Shown here piece by piece: positions 35,202 to 37,851 of a stretch of DNA of 37,851 nucleotides (position 1 is its first letter; every line of letters begins with the position of its first letter). The translations under genes and the position numbers were made by a program. The DNA lies in assembly GCF_001194135.2 (NCBI RefSeq), contig NC_068999.1, positions 37,300,451-37,338,301 on the forward strand, in the 5' to 3' direction. A model generated the notes under the pieces. The model searched no databases. It worked only from the letters and a program-made list of their open reading frames with translations, and had not been told where the DNA came from. Origin of the DNA: Octopus bimaculoides (Eukaryota).

Positions 35202-35540
35202 CTAGATTAAAGAATAAATTAGCATGGAGCAAGCTTCTTGTCTTCTGAAAGACACTTAAGTATTTGGAGTATGTCAGCATCAACCTCACCATTAACTGAT
35301 CGGACAATTGTTGTTGTTTGGCCTGTAAGTCAGACCAGCTTAAGCAGGCATACGATCAAAGACATTCCAGCCATGACTACCTGTCTTTTTCTAGTAAAAT
35401 TAGGACAGTATTATTATTCAGCATGTCTTTCTTTTCTAAGATGGTTGGGCATAGTTTATGGGTGATTTAGCTGTTATTTCTAGCTGGTTGAATGCCCACT
35501 TAAAGGCATCCTCATTGGATCATGAGGAGACAATTAGAAC

Positions 35541-35576
<36 letters not shown>

Positions 35577-35954
35577 AGTATCTAGAAACATTTTGATATA
35601 GAATAATTGAAAGACAAAATATATGGACAACAGAAATAAAAATAAAAATTGTTTCCTATCATTTCATTCACATGTTACTGTATTCAGTGGATACATGAAA
35701 TTGCTCATCATTCAACTAAGATGTAACACATTCAATAGTCGCTTAATAATGATTGACATCAAATGAAATCTTTCTATTCAACATTCTGAAATTTTATATT
35801 CTGATATAATCTCAAGAGGGAAAATAAAATAGTATAAAACTGCTCATAAATTTACCAAATGTCTTTTGTAAATGTTATCTATTGTTTATAAATTAGCAGG
35901 CAACATGACTTTAATAACTTGAAAAAGAAAAACCTATTTTGAAAGGTTTTAATT

Positions 35955-36006
<52 letters not shown>

Positions 36007-36644
36007 TACAAATTGGAATATGATTATTCAATTCAAATGTGTTTCTTCTAAATCTGAATATAAAATCAAAATTAGCTCACAATTATTAAAAGAAAATGTA
36101 ATTTTATCTAAACGATCTGTGCAATTAATTCTTTACTCCAACAAACAAAATAGTTTGTATCAATATCAATAGTGGTATTGGAATCAATAATTGAATTTAT
36201 ATTTGAGGCTGTATAATTTAATTGATAATATCTGAATATCTTCTTTTCAGTAATATTTTAATGGTGTTTCAGAAATAAAGTAGAAAAAGAAAATGAATTA
36301 ATATATTTCATACCTGGTTTAAAAATGAGATAAAGAAACGGGAAGAAATTTAAAAGTTAAGGTTACTGAATATACTAAAATTTTTTGATTTCAACATTTG
36401 TAATTTTTTTTTTTTAAATAAGGAGAAAGAAAATTCTTGATAGCAATCTCTCTGCTTTTGGAAACTATTGTAAAGATATAAAATAAATGAATGTAAAAAA
36501 AAATTAATATTAATAATTCTAATTTAAATTAATTATGAAAGTGGGTATGCTAGGAGAAAGTAATGGGGATTCAACATTGATAAACCAGAAAATGAACAAC
36601 AACAACAACAACAACAATAACAATAATAATAATAATAATAATAA

Positions 36645-37010
36645 TATAGGGAGTACACAAGTAGAGTAAGAAAATTATTGCAGTCAAAGCTGAATTCAAA
36701 AATTTTTATTGAAGCAATAAATTCAAGAGCAGTACTCAAAATCAGACATGGAGTTGGAATTATAGACTGGACCAAAAACTATATAAAAAAACTTATAAAA
36801 ATAGGAAATAGTTGACAATATATGGAACCCACTGGCTGTACTTGAGGAGAGACCAGGGTGAAAGAGGTTTAATAGCAGTGGAAGAATGTGCATAGATGAA
36901 AAGAAAAAGCCTAGTAGAGTATTTGCAGAGCAGCACAGAAAAACTACCAAAGGCAGTAAATATAAAACAGGTGATCAAGCATGTAAGAGGAGAAACAGAC
37001 AAGAACGAGA
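36645..37010 (+). mobile_element. Dong/R4-type LINE RT C-terminal fragment
   Basis: EYTSRVRKLLQSKLNSKIFIEAINSRAVLKIRHGVGIIDWTK..WLYLRRDQGERGLIAVEEC..SLVEYLQSSTEKL. Confidence 0.85.
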
Positions 37011-37029
37011 AGAGATGCAAACAATCTTA

Positions 37030-37160
37030 ATTGAGGAAAGCATTAACGTTTTCCCCAAGATACCTGAAGAAGGATGGAGGGTATATCAGCCGAAACATTA
37101 CGCTAACAACAAACAAGGTGAGGACAAATATCTGTTGCATGTAAATAGTGTAAATAATAT
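37030..37160 (+). mobile_element. Penelope-like terminal-repeat remnant with degenerate hammerhead motif
   Basis: gatac-CTGAAGA-a-GGaTG gagggtatat CAGCC-GAAA-catt; downstream aacaaacaaggtgaggacaaatatc is shared with the 29270 copy. Confidence 0.7.
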
Positions 37161-37185
37161 ACTTCCATAGTTGTTTAAATTTAGT

Positions 37186-37851
37186 TAAATCAAAGATATA
37201 AAACCTTCTTAAAGGGATGTCAGCCTCCAAGTTCCACAGTTTTATCCAATGTATCAGTGAAAAGCCAAAGATGTTAGCTTCACATTGATGGATATAAGTG
37301 TATTATTGTTTATGTATGAGAAAAAAAGAAAACAGAACAATAGATATAAACATCAATTTATTGGAACATATTTAATTCCAAACAAAAACAAACTCTTAGC
37401 ACCTACAATAGTTTGCATGCCCAATTAATTCAATTTGAGAAATTAAATTAAATTAAAGTTTTCTATTGAATATAGTTAATTGGACATTTCATCAGGGGAT
37501 GGATTTGATAAAAAGGAGCTACATTCCAATGTGTTAGTAGATCGTTGTTAGACTCAGAAAGTGCGTTTTTGCAGTCAATGTATTTTAAAAAATCATTATT
37601 TATGTATTGCAAATTTGTTTAATGCATTTGTGCACGTGTGTATGTAATGTGTTGAAAAATTAAATATGTTCTAATAAATTAATGTCTATATCTCAATTTC
37701 TCCATTTTCTTTTTCTCATACAAAAACAATAATATACCCATATCCATCAATCTGAGGTTAACATCTTTTGGTTTTTCACCGATACACTGGATAAAACCCG
37801 GGAACTTGGATGCTGACAACCCTTTAAGAGGGTTTTAAATCCTTGATTATA
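37186..37851. repeat. Fold-back/MITE-like element, inverted arms about 200 bp around a spacer of about 270 bp; right arm reaches the window end
   Basis: 37186-37382 (..cttaaagggatgtcagcctccaagttcc..gatgttagcttcacattgatggata..) is the reverse complement of 37655-37851 with scattered mismatches. Confidence 0.9.

Larger units (their letters stand above)
4080..35520. repeat. Old dispersed ~200-bp repeat family, about 10 copies in both orientations (near 4080, 4985, 12490, 14040, 15015, 16070, 16880, 17040, 34840, 35290)
   Basis: Recurrent core (c/t)tgctagaaata(g/a)cagccaaat followed by ..cattggataatgtagt.. and ..atggctggaatg(c/t)ctttgat.. Confidence 0.7.

Noticed and set aside
1-37851. CRISPR arrays, rRNA or true tRNA genes, prokaryotic operons
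   Set aside because: None seen; tRNA-like boxes occur only as SINE heads and regular repeats are simple microsatellites.

Overview
AT-rich, microsatellite-laden eukaryotic draft scaffold with seven N gaps. The SINE, Dong/R4, RTE and mariner content looks like an Octopus genome; this is inferred from repeat recognition only. Almost none of the supplied six-frame ORFs are real genes. The main host feature, which the ORF track misses, is a minus-strand multi-exon gene. Five short, phase-compatible exons (35147-35201, 28080-28157, 22538-22592, 16708-16797, 9873-9936) splice into a coiled-coil peptide: ...STLKLAKEEINKKKTQIITSNQNKLHKRRLSFLYVTLQVGYHKVAQTQSQILSLEDQIQKQRDNIKNTLKIFEEQKTNHLDNTKELEKQLSDIAQKLRNAKAFY... 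One of its introns appears to use a GC donor, and I cannot assign a gene name. The 5.5-7 kb introns are a patchwork of decayed elements: RTE, Tx1/L1 and Dong/R4 LINE pieces, three SINE families, a 5'-truncated mariner, a small Helitron, two long fold-back elements and Penelope-like remnants. The most unusual observations are (i) several hammerhead-ribozyme-like motifs from unrelated sequence families between 29.3 and 37.1 kb, (ii) an intronic frame broken only by two UGA codons that contains a SelW/SelT-like C-G-W-U-G motif (speculative), (iii) repeated R4 junctions at (TAA)n tracts, and (iv) a possible recursive splice site. TE boundaries are approximate and were read by eye.
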